A stretch of 64,000 nucleotides of DNA, taken from NCBI GenBank assembly GCA_946965045.2, contig OX337235.1:1488001-1552000 (forward strand), given 5' to 3'. Position numbers and translations under genes: made by a program. Within the stretch, counting starts at the first letter, position 1. The number at the start of each line of letters is the position of its first letter. Origin of the DNA: Epithemia pelagica (taxonomy: Eukaryota; Protista; Bacillariophyta). The notes under the pieces were generated by a model that did no database searches, was not told the DNA's origin, and saw only the letters and a program-made list of their open reading frames with translations. Shown one piece after another: positions 52,425-63,897 of this stretch.

Positions 52425-55400
52425 CTAGTTCCACACCCGACGTCGATAAAAGAGCACGTAGGCGGCCGAAGACACCACGGAATCACCTGATTCTCCCACA
52501 CTCTTGACAGTCGAATCATCAAAGAGTTGCCATTCCTTGGATATTTCTCTTTCATTCCAGTTCCGAGCAAACGCGGTGTAGTGACCAAATCCCATTCGGC
52601 CATAATGATTCACCACCGCAAATAAATCGTACATGGCCGGAACTGAATCCTCCACAAAAGACTCTTGACCATTTCCATGTCGAGCACAATGGGTACCCAT
52701 GTCCAAGCCGTCTAAGGGGAAGTTCACCAAGGTCTCCAACTTGTCGCGGCGCATGACATTTTTAAACTCAAACCGCTTCAAATGGACAACCAGAATGTTG
52801 GGAAGGCGCCAAAGTTCCATGGTTTTCATAGCTCGCACATGTTCTTTACATTTAGAACAATACCACATGTTTCGTTCGTCCAGTCGTTCGGGTTTGACAA
52901 ACGTTTCAAAGCACTGGTCCAATGAAACACCACCCTTTCTGTTATTCTGGGCTCGACGTTTCGCTGTCGAATCCTGCCAACTACTGTGGTTGTTAAAAAA
53001 GACAAAGCGATCCAAGTCCAATGTTGCATTCACGGCTTCTGGTCCTGTCTTGTCTTCCGCCAAATCTCTCCATTCGACATGGAGGAACACAAAGTCTTCC
53101 AACGCATTCTCCCCAACAAAACGGACCAACGTTTCCTCGGACTGTCGGGGAAGAATCGAGGTCATTTTCGAGACAGCACCATCTTGCTGAGGACCCATCA
53201 AATCGGGAAAGACTGTCATTCCTTTTCCTCTTGCATCGAGAAGGCGGAACTCAATCGCATCCTTGTACTGCTGACGTACTTCCTCCTCGACTTTATCTTC
53301 CACTAAATGCCACAAATACTCCCATACTTCGCGACAAGACCAATCTGCCGACCAAGAAACCAACAGCGGAATTCCAATAGCTGTTGACGAATTTGGTCGT
53401 TCTCGTTCGCCGGCGTCATCATCTCCCTGTTTCGAGTCCACAACCTTGTGACACAAAATTCCATGAATCACAGGTTTATGGTTTCCGGCACCGTCGTCGT
53501 CATCCAAGGACGCCGCTTCGTAGGCCACCAACAAATTGGACACATTCAATGTGGAAACCATTTCCTGGCGTTGTGCGATACGGACAATTTCGTGCTCCTG
53601 ACATTCCGACAAGTGTAGTTTTGAGGACGGAATTCCTGTCAGTTTGGACAATTCACGAATCACCTCCGATATTGGGTTGTTTCTTCTGACATGTACTGCA
53701 TAGCGAGTAGGACACGAGCCCAAAATCCCTTGTGATGGATTGCAGGCTTTAATGACAAAGATACCTAGCGTGACAATTGCCGTTTGCTGTTGCGGAATTT
53801 CCAAACTCACGTGATTAAAGGCATCAAAGGAAACCGAGACTCGATTGCATTGTGGACAAATGCAAGAACTCTTGAACTGTCCATAGAACGAGTCCATTAC
53901 CAAACTGTCGTTGCGGCGTTTGTGGGAATCCCAGGCCAATGCCCCGGCCACAGCCATGTCTTGGTCTCCGTCCACGTCAGGCATTTCTACATACGGTGCC
54001 TTGCGAATTCGATTCACATCTTCGTGAAGACCATCCAATAGGTAGGCTAGAAATTCCTGGGCATCGTGTTGTAAGAAACCGGCAAACCGAGGAGCGAATT
54101 GGGAAATGGCACGTTTTAACGCATTGGGACTTGTACTTCGAACACCTGTCTTGGTCCACAAATCCTTCATGACCGTCTCGTAGGCCACAGCGAGTTTTCC
54201 TCCCGTACCCAATGGATTGGATTTGTTTAAATCTTGTTTAAACTTTCCCGACAAAAAGTGTCTGGTGAGTGGCGTGGCGTGACTAAGGCACTGCAAGGCC
54301 GCATTCATGAAACAAGTATTGCCCAGATTGTTGAGGCCCACACGTCCATAAGAGAGTTCGGCAAATTTTCGAGCCACTGCCGTCGAGTTGTCTTGTTTAC
54401 TCAAGACACGGCACGTCGCCTTATGCAATGGCCAATGATTCTCTTGACAGCCTCGATCACAGTAATGCACCATGGAACATCTTGTACACCGAAGATTGAC
54501 ATGCAAGGGTGCATGACAAGCACCACAATACTTAGTTTCCACGTTCCGCGTTGCTTCTGTAGCAGGTTCCGGTCCAAGGTAGATTGGAATCGAAACATGA
54601 CCTGTTCGGACATTGCGTGTCGCTCGTCGACAAATCGAAGGGGTCGTTTCCGTATACCATTCTCGCAGAGCCTTGTACACTTCACGTGGAATCAATTCAT
54701 AATGGTAACCACGAACAAGATTGGGTTGGAGCGGAGGAGGTAAAGATTTGGATTTCCCTTCCTTTTGATTGTTTGCAGGAGCTGCATGCATGTACCACTG
54801 CTCAACAAAGACTTGTTGTGTCGTTCGGACGGCTCCGCTGGAGCTGCCTAGCGGCATAGACGACGGAGGGACCAGAAAGAGATTGGAATTATCAATGGGT
54901 CCAGGAGAGGGATGCGCTGTGACCTTATTCTTTCCTGTCGCCTTCTTGTTCATCTCCTCTTCATTTTCGTTACTAGTAGTAGGCAATGTGGGGAGCGTCG
55001 CACCCTTTGGAAGGTAGGAAACAAGTCCATGTTGTTGTGGTTCTTTGCCTGTTGGATGCACCAACTCGACGTGGAAACAAAACTTGCACCACCATTGCCA
55101 ATCTACCAAAAAGAAAGCTTCTCCATGTTGAGCTGCAGGCGTTGCAGCAGCGGATTGTGTTGTCTGCTGTTTGGGCAGACGTCCCTTGAGCAGTCGCAGC
55201 ACAGCGTGTCTTTGATTTGGACCGTCGGGAGACCGTGACACTTGAGCAGTGCTTGGGCCACTACAACTGCTACTGCGAGGAGGAACCGTTTTGCGACTGG
55301 GATGTTTGGTCGATACAACACCACCATTTGTGGTACTTGGTCGGGGAATTTGTTTTGTTTGTTGCAAGGCAAGGTTGTGTTTTTGATACGTGTGTTCGTC

Positions 55401-56450
55401 GTTCCGTGGAGGGATTGGTTGCTTGTCTTGTTTGATTTGATGCAGTAATCGTTGAATCCGTTGCGCGGCTTCGGCAATGGTTTTCTTGGTACCAAAACGT
55501 TCCTTTTCAGATATGGAGTCATCTTGTTCCAGCCATTGCAAGGAAGCTTGCAGGTCTGCCTTGGCCGAATGAATCAGGTCCTGTATCAGCAATGGTTCCT
55601 GTTTCTGAACGTTCACATCCTTGGCCCGATTTTCTCGAGCGACGGCGCGGCGAAACCACACCTTGTACAATCTCAAATTACTGACAGATACAGAGGCCCG
55701 TTGTAGATTGCCAGATTCACTAGACGATGCTTGTTGTTGTTGTTGTTGTTGTTGTTTCAGAATCGATTCGTACTGGTCTTGTTGTTCCAAGACGCGTGTA
55801 CAAGATTCTTCGGCAGCTCGATAATCCTCCAGTTTGATGAGTGCCATGGCTCGATTGGATAAAAGAGAAGCTTGCGTGGTATAAAAGTCCAAGTCCTGAT
55901 CTTTCTTTTCCGACAAGCGCTGCAAGCCTTCGTCGTAGGCTTCCAGTGCTTCTCGATAGCGTTTTCCTGTATAGGCCCGATTTCCTTCCTCTTTCCATTC
56001 CGTTACACTTTTGTTGCGTCCTTCTTCCCCGGACAAGGAGGAAGCAGATGACGATGAGGTAGAATCCGTAGAAGCAGAAGGAGGATCACCCCCACGACCT
56101 GCCGTTCGAGTTATTCGTCGCGTGGTTGTGGCAACTTCTGGAATCGATGGCATGAATTTGACAGCAGAGTCATCTTCGCCGCGACTTGAGCTTCGAGTGC
56201 TGCTAGCGGTGGACGATGTTGCGTAACGATTCTGAAAGGAGCTCATTTCTCCATCGACCCCGACTTTCGAATGTGTGGGCTGTGATTGGTTGGTGTTTTT
56301 TGCGTGTCGAAGATTCTCCGGTCGGTGAGATTGAGACCCTATCATTCCTCCTGAGGTTTTCACGAGTTCCTTGTGGGTGCCGTCCAATTCCTCATTCCCA
56401 ATCACATACTGTTTGGCAACTTCGATGCTATTACTCTTATTATTCGCCAT
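52425..56450 (-). CDS. Ubiquitin-specific protease with TPR, DUSP-like and MYND zinc-finger domains
   Basis: USP boxes GLNNLGNTCFMNAALQCL, QHDAQEFL and GFGHYTA. MYND CGAC..CTRC..YCDRGCQENHWPLHKATC. TPR WKEEGN..SNRA..FRRA. Confidence 0.93.
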   Translation of the reverse strand: MANNKSNSIEVAKQYVIGNEELDGTHKELVKTSGGMIGSQSHRPENLRHAKNTNQSQPTHSKVGVDGEMSSFQNRYATSSTASSTRSSSRGEDDSAVKFMPSIPEVATTTRRITRTAGRGGDPPSASTDSTSSSSASSLSGEEGRNKSVTEWKEEGNRAYTGKRYREALEAYDEGLQRLSEKKDQDLDFYTTQASLLSNRAMALIKLEDYRAAEESCTRVLEQQDQYESILKQQQQQQQQASSSESGNLQRASVSVSNLRLYKVWFRRAVARENRAKDVNVQKQEPLLIQDLIHSAKADLQASLQWLEQDDSISEKERFGTKKTIAEAAQRIQRLLHQIKQDKQPIPPRNDEHTYQKHNLALQQTKQIPRPSTTNGGVVSTKHPSRKTVPPRSSSCSGPSTAQVSRSPDGPNQRHAVLRLLKGRLPKQQTTQSAAATPAAQHGEAFFLVDWQWWCKFCFHVELVHPTGKEPQQHGLVSYLPKGATLPTLPTTSNENEEEMNKKATGKNKVTAHPSPGPIDNSNLFLVPPSSMPLGSSSGAVRTTQQVFVEQWYMHAAPANNQKEGKSKSLPPPLQPNLVRGYHYELIPREVYKALREWYTETTPSICRRATRNVRTGHVSIPIYLGPEPATEATRNVETKYCGACHAPLHVNLRCTRCSMVHYCDRGCQENHWPLHKATCRVLSKQDNSTAVARKFAELSYGRVGLNNLGNTCFMNAALQCLSHATPLTRHFLSGKFKQDLNKSNPLGTGGKLAVAYETVMKDLWTKTGVRSTSPNALKRAISQFAPRFAGFLQHDAQEFLAYLLDGLHEDVNRIRKAPYVEMPDVDGDQDMAVAGALAWDSHKRRNDSLVMDSFYGQFKSSCICPQCNRVSVSFDAFNHVSLEIPQQQTAIVTLGIFVIKACNPSQGILGSCPTRYAVHVRRNNPISEVIRELSKLTGIPSSKLHLSECQEHEIVRIAQRQEMVSTLNVSNLLVAYEAASLDDDDGAGNHKPVIHGILCHKVVDSKQGDDDAGERERPNSSTAIGIPLLVSWSADWSCREVWEYLWHLVEDKVEEEVRQQYKDAIEFRLLDARGKGMTVFPDLMGPQQDGAVSKMTSILPRQSEETLVRFVGENALEDFVFLHVEWRDLAEDKTGPEAVNATLDLDRFVFFNNHSSWQDSTAKRRAQNNRKGGVSLDQCFETFVKPERLDERNMWYCSKCKEHVRAMKTMELWRLPNILVVHLKRFEFKNVMRRDKLETLVNFPLDGLDMGTHCARHGNGQESFVEDSVPAMYDLFAVVNHYGRMGFGHYTAFARNWNEREISKEWQLFDDSTVKSVGESGDSVVSSAAYVLFYRRRVWN

Positions 56451-56927
56451 GATGGGATTCCTCTGTGATTTGTGTCATTCAAATACGTGTGGCGATGACC
56501 TTGATTGCCGACGAAAGGTCGTTCGTCGTTTGCCCTTTGGTTCGTGTGATGCTCTATCCAATACGGCAGGTATAGAGAGGTAGAGATAGACGGTCGGTCG
56601 GTGTGTGTCGTGCGTGGGGTGGTCTTTCTCGCACTCGCGGCGTTTTGCGCGTTGTGCACGTATTGCGAATTGCGAAAGGAGAAGCGTACAGATTAATCCT
56701 ATACTCATCTGCATGCACCGGTCAATTCTCGTCAGTCGTTTCCACGAAAAAAGAGAATGCGATTCCGGTCGTCCAAACGGCGATCCAACAACGGTTGCGT
56801 GTTGCGTGACTGTTCGCACGACAACCCAGCGGATGTCTCAAACAGGACTCAACGATTCACTTGTATGACATCTTTTGAGTCGCGAAGACTTTTTGTCATC
56901 TCATTTTTCTCTCCCGCCGCTGCGACC

Positions 56928-59809
56928 ATGTCTCGCCGTCATCGTGCCGTTCCTCCTCCTCCTCGACGTCCACCAGCGACTCAGAATGATGACAATGTCG
57001 ATGATGACAATGATGAAGAAGAAGATGTCTTTAGTGCCTTGTCCGTGCGAGGAGGACGACGGAACAAAAAGGCCAAACCCAATCCTCCTCTCGGATCGGG
57101 GGGAGCGGTCCCTGTTCCTGCTGGTCCTCCGATGGTGGCCCCCGCCCACGAATCTGCCTCCTCCTCTTCTGCTGTAACGACTGCGACAACAACCGCATCA
57201 ACTCAAGCCAATGCCATGTCATCCACAACATCTTCCATGAAACGTCATCACAAGGAAATGAGTCATGGTCGAAAAGCCAAAATGGATGCCATGTTGCAAG
57301 AACTCTTATCCGAACAGGAACAACAGAAACAGGATGAAATGGATGACTTACAAGATTCTTTTTCCTCCAACAAACGTAGCAGTCGTCAAAGAAACAAATC
57401 CAAGGGATCGTCATCATCGTCATCTTCTGGAAGGAATGCGGCCTATGCACCCCGCAAAGGATCCCACGTCGAACCAGGAGAAGAACGGTTGACGACCAAT
57501 ATCTTTGTCGGCAATTTGGCACCCACGTTAACTGAAGAAGCCTTGACACAACTTTTTCGACAATTCGGTACGAAAGACATGTGTAGAACATTCAATCCTC
57601 TCTGCGGTGAATCGTTCTTCTGAATTGTGTGTACAGAATCCGCTGGATTCGTTGTCCATGACGTGGCAATGTTGTGCTTGTTTGCTCGGATGGCATGTAT
57701 CTGTGCGTAACTTGATTTGCGTTTGACTTTCTCTTGATGATGAAGAATCGTGCATGCAAACTGTGCTTTCGTCTTGAACAACTCTGCTAGTTGTTGAGCC
57801 TGCTAGTTGTTGAGCTACCCAATGGTTGACCGCATGGACACGCGTTCTTCTCACCATTTTTTCTTTCGCATCCCATTGCGATATATATTATAAATGCATG
57901 CACTCCAACAAAAGGGGAATTGTACAGTGTCAAAATCATGTGGCCGCGAACGGCGGAAGACCGAGCCCGACAACGCTTGACTGGTTTTGTTTGTTTTTAC
58001 CATCGCACGGATGCCGAAGATGCCATGGAAGCCTGCAATGACGCCGATCCCTTTCGCAATGGACACCGATTAATGCTTCGATGGGGGAAAAGCGTCCTCA
58101 AAAGCCGGCAGAACGAGCCACCCCGACAACAATCCTCCACTCTGTCTAACAATAGCCAATCCGCACTGCCCTTGACAACTCATCGATCGACAGAATACCA
58201 AGCCCTTGTCGGAAACGCCAAGCCGTCGTCGACAAGCACTGGCAATACGAACACTTGCGCGCCATTGTCACGGAAATCACCTCCAAGCAAGATTCAGGTC
58301 ACGGTGCCCTCGGATCCACGTCGGGCTAATGCGATATCTCTCGTGGCTTCGTTTGTTGCCAAGGATGGAGCTGATTTGGAACACCGCGTGTTGGCACAGG
58401 GACTATCCTCCCACAGCGATTTGTCTTTCTTGACACCAACACCAACAACGTCTAGTGGCGATCGACACACGCTGCTGCAAGAGCATATTTATTACAAGTG
58501 GAGAGTTTATGCCTATTCCCAAGGAGATGGTGATTACACTTGGAGGACGGAACCCTTTGTGATGGTGAAGAGTGGTTGTCTCTGGATCCCTCCACCCATT
58601 GATCAGGAAGCAGCTCGGCGACATCAAGAGGAGGAAAGGCGGAGTCAAGAGGAAGAGGAGCAACGTCGACGGCCCTGGTTAACGAAGAAACGAGGGGCCG
58701 GGCATGGAAAACAACGAAGTCAGGCGCAGCGGCCCTTGACCCATGAAGAATTAAAAGAATTCCACTCCTTGACCCGTGACCAGTTATCAACCAGTCGGGA
58801 AGCGATTGCGCAGGCCATGGCGTTTTGCTTCGATAAAAGCAGTCATTCAGCTTCAGAAATTGCCGACTTACTGAAAGAGTTAATGTTGTTACCGGCTCAT
58901 GGCGCCGAACCTCGGATTGCACGACTGTACTTGTTGTCCGATGTCTTGTTCAATTCACAACAGCCAGGGGTACGAAATGCCTTTTACTACCGAGATGCTA
59001 TTCAGCATATGGCGCCTCAAGTTTTCAAAAGCCTCGGCGACACTGCCAATAGCGGAGGTCGTTGGACGCACAACAAAATGTCCAAGGCCGTATCCAGTGT
59101 ATTAACCGCCTGGACAAACTGGAGTGTTTACAACCATACGTTCCTGGACGAATTACAAGCACGATTTGAAGGCAAAGAAATTACTGCACAAGAAGAGGAT
59201 CAAGGTGACAATGAAAGAGACAATGGAGAAGATGATGAAAACGCGAGACGAAGGAGGGAGGCTGAAGAAGTGGCTGCACAAGTAGCGAGCACGGTGCCTC
59301 GTGGTGGGTGGGAAGAACTAGATGAGACTGAGGTGACCAGCACGTCATGTCCCCTTAATCCGATCAAGGACACCGAAGGAACCCAATCCAACTCAGGTGA
59401 TGAAACCTCTGGTGGACCGCAGACCTCTGAAACATCCCGTAATAATATTGCCCAGATAGATCAGAATGACTTAGTGGATGGCGAACCACTCCACGAAAAT
59501 GGCGCAGGTTCTTCCGTTCGGGTGCAATCGACTCGGCTGTCCACAACCAACGAACTTGGTTCTCAGAACAATGTAGATGGCAGGCCTAGTGAAAGTGGCA
59601 TTGTTGCAAGTGACGACAACAAGGGACAGGAAGGTTTAGAAAGTGACGGCCCGAATTGTGATAGTGAATCGTTAGATGGGAAACCGGTTGATGATGACGC
59701 AGACGGAGAACCACTGGAAGATAATGATACAGATGGGAAACCTTTGGAAGATGACGATGCTGACGGGGAGCCGCTGGAAGACGATGATGTGGATGGGGAA
59801 CCTCTTTAG
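56928..59809 (+). CDS. U2SURP: U2 snRNP-associated SURP-motif protein (SR140): RRM, SURP and CID domains; intron 57568-57914
   Basis: TNIFVGNL..FG|ELYSVKIMWPRT, EHIYYKWRVY and RLYLLSDVLFNS. The GT..AG splice restores the frame; DGEPL acidic repeats at the C-terminus. Confidence 0.9.
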
Positions 59810-60004
59810 TGGTAGCCTTAAGTGCTGCTATACGTTTGTTTTTCTGACGTCTATGAGTTGAAGCGTCCCACTTCCCACTTGTAGTATCCTTAACATACCG
59901 AATATAAGAGGAAATCAGATATTAAAAATGTTATCAGTCAGCTAATCGACTTTGAATATCCAACACAGCCGTCCGAACGAAAGTGGACGAACACCACCAA
60001 ACGC

Positions 60005-60541
60005 TCATATGGATTCAGATAAGTAGGACTCAATCACCTGATTAACCGCATGACATACAAGTGACAGAGTTTTTTTCAGTTGGTCAGGATTGTTTGCAGA
60101 AATGTCAATGTAGGCCGTTGCGGACGTGCAGCAGCCACGGTTGCTCGTTTCTTCGTAGCAGCTCGAACAAGTCTCAGCATAGAATATTGTCACCAACGAA
60201 TGACCCATTCGATCAAATCCGCCGGCTGGAATTTTCCCTTTGGATTGGATGCCAATGAAGGTATCATAGAAAATTCGTGTAAGTTTGTGATCGCTTCCAT
60301 CTGGCACTGCCATCCTCATGTTTTTGTAACACTCAGACAGAACCTTGTCGTCGTTCAAGAAGTCCATGTCCAAGTCTGGATGATTATGATCCCCTTCAGA
60401 CTCGATCAATTGCTCGATTTCCGCATCATCCTTGAGTTCATCAACGTTTGGCATTCGACCTTTTGACAAAGAGTCAACACCACCACCACAGGCCTGAATC
60501 CAAATGTTCATGAAACAAATTGCGATTAGAAGCTTCATCAT
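60005..60541 (-). CDS. Small putative secreted Cys-containing protein of unknown function
   Basis: Signal-peptide-like MMKLLIAICFMNIWIQACGG; C..CSSC..CC..C pattern. Confidence 0.6.
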   Translation of the reverse strand: MMKLLIAICFMNIWIQACGGGVDSLSKGRMPNVDELKDDAEIEQLIESEGDHNHPDLDMDFLNDDKVLSECYKNMRMAVPDGSDHKLTRIFYDTFIGIQSKGKIPAGGFDRMGHSLVTIFYAETCSSCYEETSNRGCCTSATAYIDISANNPDQLKKTLSLVCHAVNQVIESYLSESI

Positions 60542-61905
60542 TTTTATGTCTGCGGATGTACGTGATGTGAACAGAGTCAACTTATTGAATTTCTTGCAAA
60601 CATGCGAAGCAAGGCTTGAAAATGTGGCTGTTGTCTGCGTGCTGAGCAAGTTGTGGCCGATTTTGTGGGGGACATCTCATTAAAAAGGCACGCGCGGCGA
60701 TCAACCATAAGTATTCTGTAGTACACTAAATATGGAATCGGAGATGACGCGGGACGCGAACTACAACAACAACTTTAGAGCGAATGCCCAAAAGAAAACA
60801 GGACCTCGATGCTCTATGACCATGGGATACATCATGTTCTCTTTCAGTCCCATTTCACCCAACAGTCAACGTTAGATCATGCCTCTTGTCGTGGTTCATA
60901 AATACTGTCGTATCGAACGAACTTGGTCAAACGCATTCCATGCTTCACTGATGAGAATATAGAATATACTCAAGGTTTCATGCCATCGGCGATCAATGCC
61001 ATTAGTGGCAAGGCGGCCATTCTCATTCTGTAAGGAAAGATATGGGCTCATGAGAATGAGAAGTATGATCCACAGTGCATGTACTTAGAGCTTTATTCAT
61101 TCACGCTTGGGCTACGAAAGTGGCATTATCACGCTGCAATCCATGGTTCGACAAACCCAAACTAACTTCTTCGGAATAGTTTGACACATCACAAGTCCTT
61201 CCTGATCACTCGGTATAGGATGAGACTTCTCACTCTCCCTACTATTTTCAGTTAGGAAGGAAACATGAATAAAGTCGAGGCTGATGCGGTACAGCCACGC
61301 CTTTCATTCGACAGGGTTAAAGACGGTTCACTGTTTTGTCAGCACGTGTCGTGTGGTTCAATGACGATCGGAACCGTCGTATACGGTATTGGGTATTTTG
61401 GATCTGAGAGCTGAGAGGGACAATGAATGTCTTGGTTATTGGTGTGGCTCTTTTGGTCTTTGATTCTCTCGTCTGGCGCACTGATCGTGAAGGGCTATAA
61501 CATCGGAAATAGGTCAACGGATGCCCGTTACGAATACTTAGCATATTTTGATCTTGGAATAAATTGATGCGTCTAAATATCCAGTCATGGTCTGCTCTGA
61601 CCATAGAAGAAAGAAAATTCTCTTACGATAAATAATACAATAATTAGGAATGCTGACGGAGTAGCCAGGCGCTGTGATTAGTTAACGTTCAGTTGGCTCG
61701 CAGATTATGACGACGAGCGAGGCACGATTGTGACACATGACACACAAAAAGTTCCCCATTCGAGAAACTTTGCGATCGCCCTCATTTTTCTTGGCGAGCA
61801 GTCAGTCGGCTCTACATGAATGTATGGAAGAGGTTGTCCATTGAAGTTGTTCGTTGTTGAATCTCAAGTATATGGAATCAGGTTGTTCTCCTCGCTTTTA
61901 ACGAG

Positions 61906-62994
61906 ATGCAGCATAATGGCTCAGCACAACAAAATGTTGTCGTGGTAACAAGTGTTGACAATATATCGAGTTTTATTGAGAACGGTCCGTCCAACGACGA
62001 ACGCACGTCCTCCTGCTCCTACAAAATAGACCCGGTGATCCAGAACTCGGAAAGCTGCAGCTCATGGGGTACAAGAGGCTTGCCGAACTTTCTCAGACCG
62101 ACCAAGACACGAAGTCTGAGCCAACCCATCACGGAACACGTGGTGAGCGACCCTCAAAAGTGTTTCGACTCTGGAAGCACCGAAGAAGATGAGGAAGAAT
62201 CAACAGATCCAGAAACTGACACTGGATCTGAAGATTCACCATGGCGGAGAACTCCTCTTGATTCTCCTGATTTTTATTTCCGAAAACACCCTAACAATGA
62301 TCAATTCCATGAAACCATAGTCGAGTTCAACACTTCAACATATGGTTGCATCAATTTACAGCCCAGTGATCTCACATACCACTCAGAAGAAGATGATGAC
62401 GACGACGAAGGACGTGACGATGATGATGACATCTGTGATTTCTTCTATGACAACGACAACGTACATCTCCTAGGCAGTATCGAGCCTTTTTCGAAGTGGG
62501 ATGGAAGCATGGAATTTGATTCTTGTCGACTGAAAAAATGTGGGACCATGGAGGCAAGACGCAAAATCAACGAAGACGAAGTCGCACTATTGAGCGAGCG
62601 AGATGATGTTGACGACCGGCAAATCAGTTACAACGTCGACACTATTGAGACAACGGAGTGTCAGAGTTTAGAAGAACTCACATTGCTGGCTTTGCGACGG
62701 AAGGCATATGAAGGCGAGGAAGAATTCAACCCAGAACTGAAAGCAATCGTGTTCCCTGTGATCAAGAAGTGCATTGTTCGAGCCAAAGTCGTTGTCCCGC
62801 CCATCTCTGATCATCCAGGGCCACAATGGAGCGATGACCTGAGAAGACGGCTAGCGATCCAGAAAGCATACCAAAAGAGGCTCAGCTATGGTGGACGAAA
62901 CCCCAAAAAAGCTGTCAAGGAGAATCCACACGGTAAACTGTGGACACTTCGAGAGGGAATAGCAGAAGATGGGGACACTTTGGCTGAATTTTAG
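61906..62994 (+). CDS. Acidic low-complexity protein of unknown function
   Basis: 362-codon ORF from an ATG; no motif recognised. Confidence 0.55.
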   Translation: MQHNGSAQQNVVVVTSVDNISSFIENGPSNDERTSSCSYKIDPVIQNSESCSSWGTRGLPNFLRPTKTRSLSQPITEHVVSDPQKCFDSGSTEEDEEESTDPETDTGSEDSPWRRTPLDSPDFYFRKHPNNDQFHETIVEFNTSTYGCINLQPSDLTYHSEEDDDDDEGRDDDDDICDFFYDNDNVHLLGSIEPFSKWDGSMEFDSCRLKKCGTMEARRKINEDEVALLSERDDVDDRQISYNVDTIETTECQSLEELTLLALRRKAYEGEEEFNPELKAIVFPVIKKCIVRAKVVVPPISDHPGPQWSDDLRRRLAIQKAYQKRLSYGGRNPKKAVKENPHGKLWTLREGIAEDGDTLAEF

Positions 62995-63268
62995 TATCTG
63001 TCACATATATTTTCAAAACTGCGATGAGCCAAAAACAATCAATGTCGCAGCCCCTTAGATCATCTCTTAGATGTAGTAAATAAAGTATTAGAAGCTTGGT
63101 GAAGAACCTGTCCTGAGTTGGCTTCACACCAATCGTGGTTAATCCATAATAAGATTGTTCGAACAAAAGGTCTATACATCAAAGCGTTAATCTATGGTTT
63201 CCTGGTCAACAAACAGACAACAGGAAAATTAGATGTTGAACCAAAGATGTATCGAGGGGTCAATCAAT

Positions 63269-63679
63269 CTAAGAGCCACCTCCACGTCCGAAACCACCTT
63301 CGCGACCGCGGTACTCCCGATCACCGCCTCGGAAGGCAGGTCGTCCCCCAGAGTACTTGTCTTCTTCGCGGTCTCGCATATCGGGACGTGTGGCTTGGTT
63401 CTTGTGGGTGGCAGGGACAATCTCAGCAGGCAAACCCAAGTACCCACGGAGGTAGTCAATTCCTTCGTCGGTCAAGTAGCAGTAGTTGTACTGCCACGAA
63501 AAGGTAATGCGAACGTATCCACGGGATTGGAGCGACTTCATGAGCATGAGCACCTCCAAATTGGTGGGTCCCTCAATGTGAGGGTGTGTCTCCGACCGCG
63601 TGTCCTTTTTGACGACACAGACACCCTCCTTGAAGAGATAGCTGAAGACAGCGATTCGGTTCTCCTTTGGAATAAACAT
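63269..63679 (-). CDS. RPS10: 40S ribosomal protein S10 (eS10)
   Basis: MFIPKENRIAVFSYLFKEGVCVVKKD...NLEV..MKSLQSRGYV..FSWQYNYCYLTDEGIDYLRGYLGLP..IVPAT. Confidence 0.97.
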   Translation of the reverse strand: MFIPKENRIAVFSYLFKEGVCVVKKDTRSETHPHIEGPTNLEVLMLMKSLQSRGYVRITFSWQYNYCYLTDEGIDYLRGYLGLPAEIVPATHKNQATRPDMRDREEDKYSGGRPAFRGGDREYRGREGGFGRGGGS

Positions 63680-63825
63680 ATTGCTCGTCGTATTTGTGCA
63701 GCAAACACGAAAACTGTTCTCTGTATTGCAATCAATAGAATGTGGATGGATTCTGTCCTCGCGCAAAATACTCAAAATAGTAAGACGGTAGACAGTAAAA
63801 GAGTGAGCGATGGAGCAAAATTCCA

Positions 63826-63897
63826 TGGAGAAGGAGGGAATCGAACCCCCGGCATCCTGTATGCGAAACAGGCTATCTACCACTGATATACTTCCCC
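63826..63897 (-). tRNA. tRNA-Ala, anticodon CGC
   Basis: The reverse complement folds into a cloverleaf: acceptor GGGGAAG/CTTCTCC with the G3:U70 Ala identity pair, D-arm TATC/GATA, anticodon stem CCTGT/ACAGG with loop TTCGCAT, T-loop TTCGATT, discriminator A. Confidence 0.96.

Noticed and set aside
57568-57914. Long U2SURP intron with a TGATGA box-C-like word and a 16-bp tandem repeat, suggesting an intronic snoRNA
   Set aside because: No downstream CTGA box D or terminal stem was found.
60660-61900. 1.2-kb gene-free stretch with a 95-aa minus-strand ORF (61317-61604)
   Set aside because: No motif, repeat or RNA structure was recognised; treated as intergenic.
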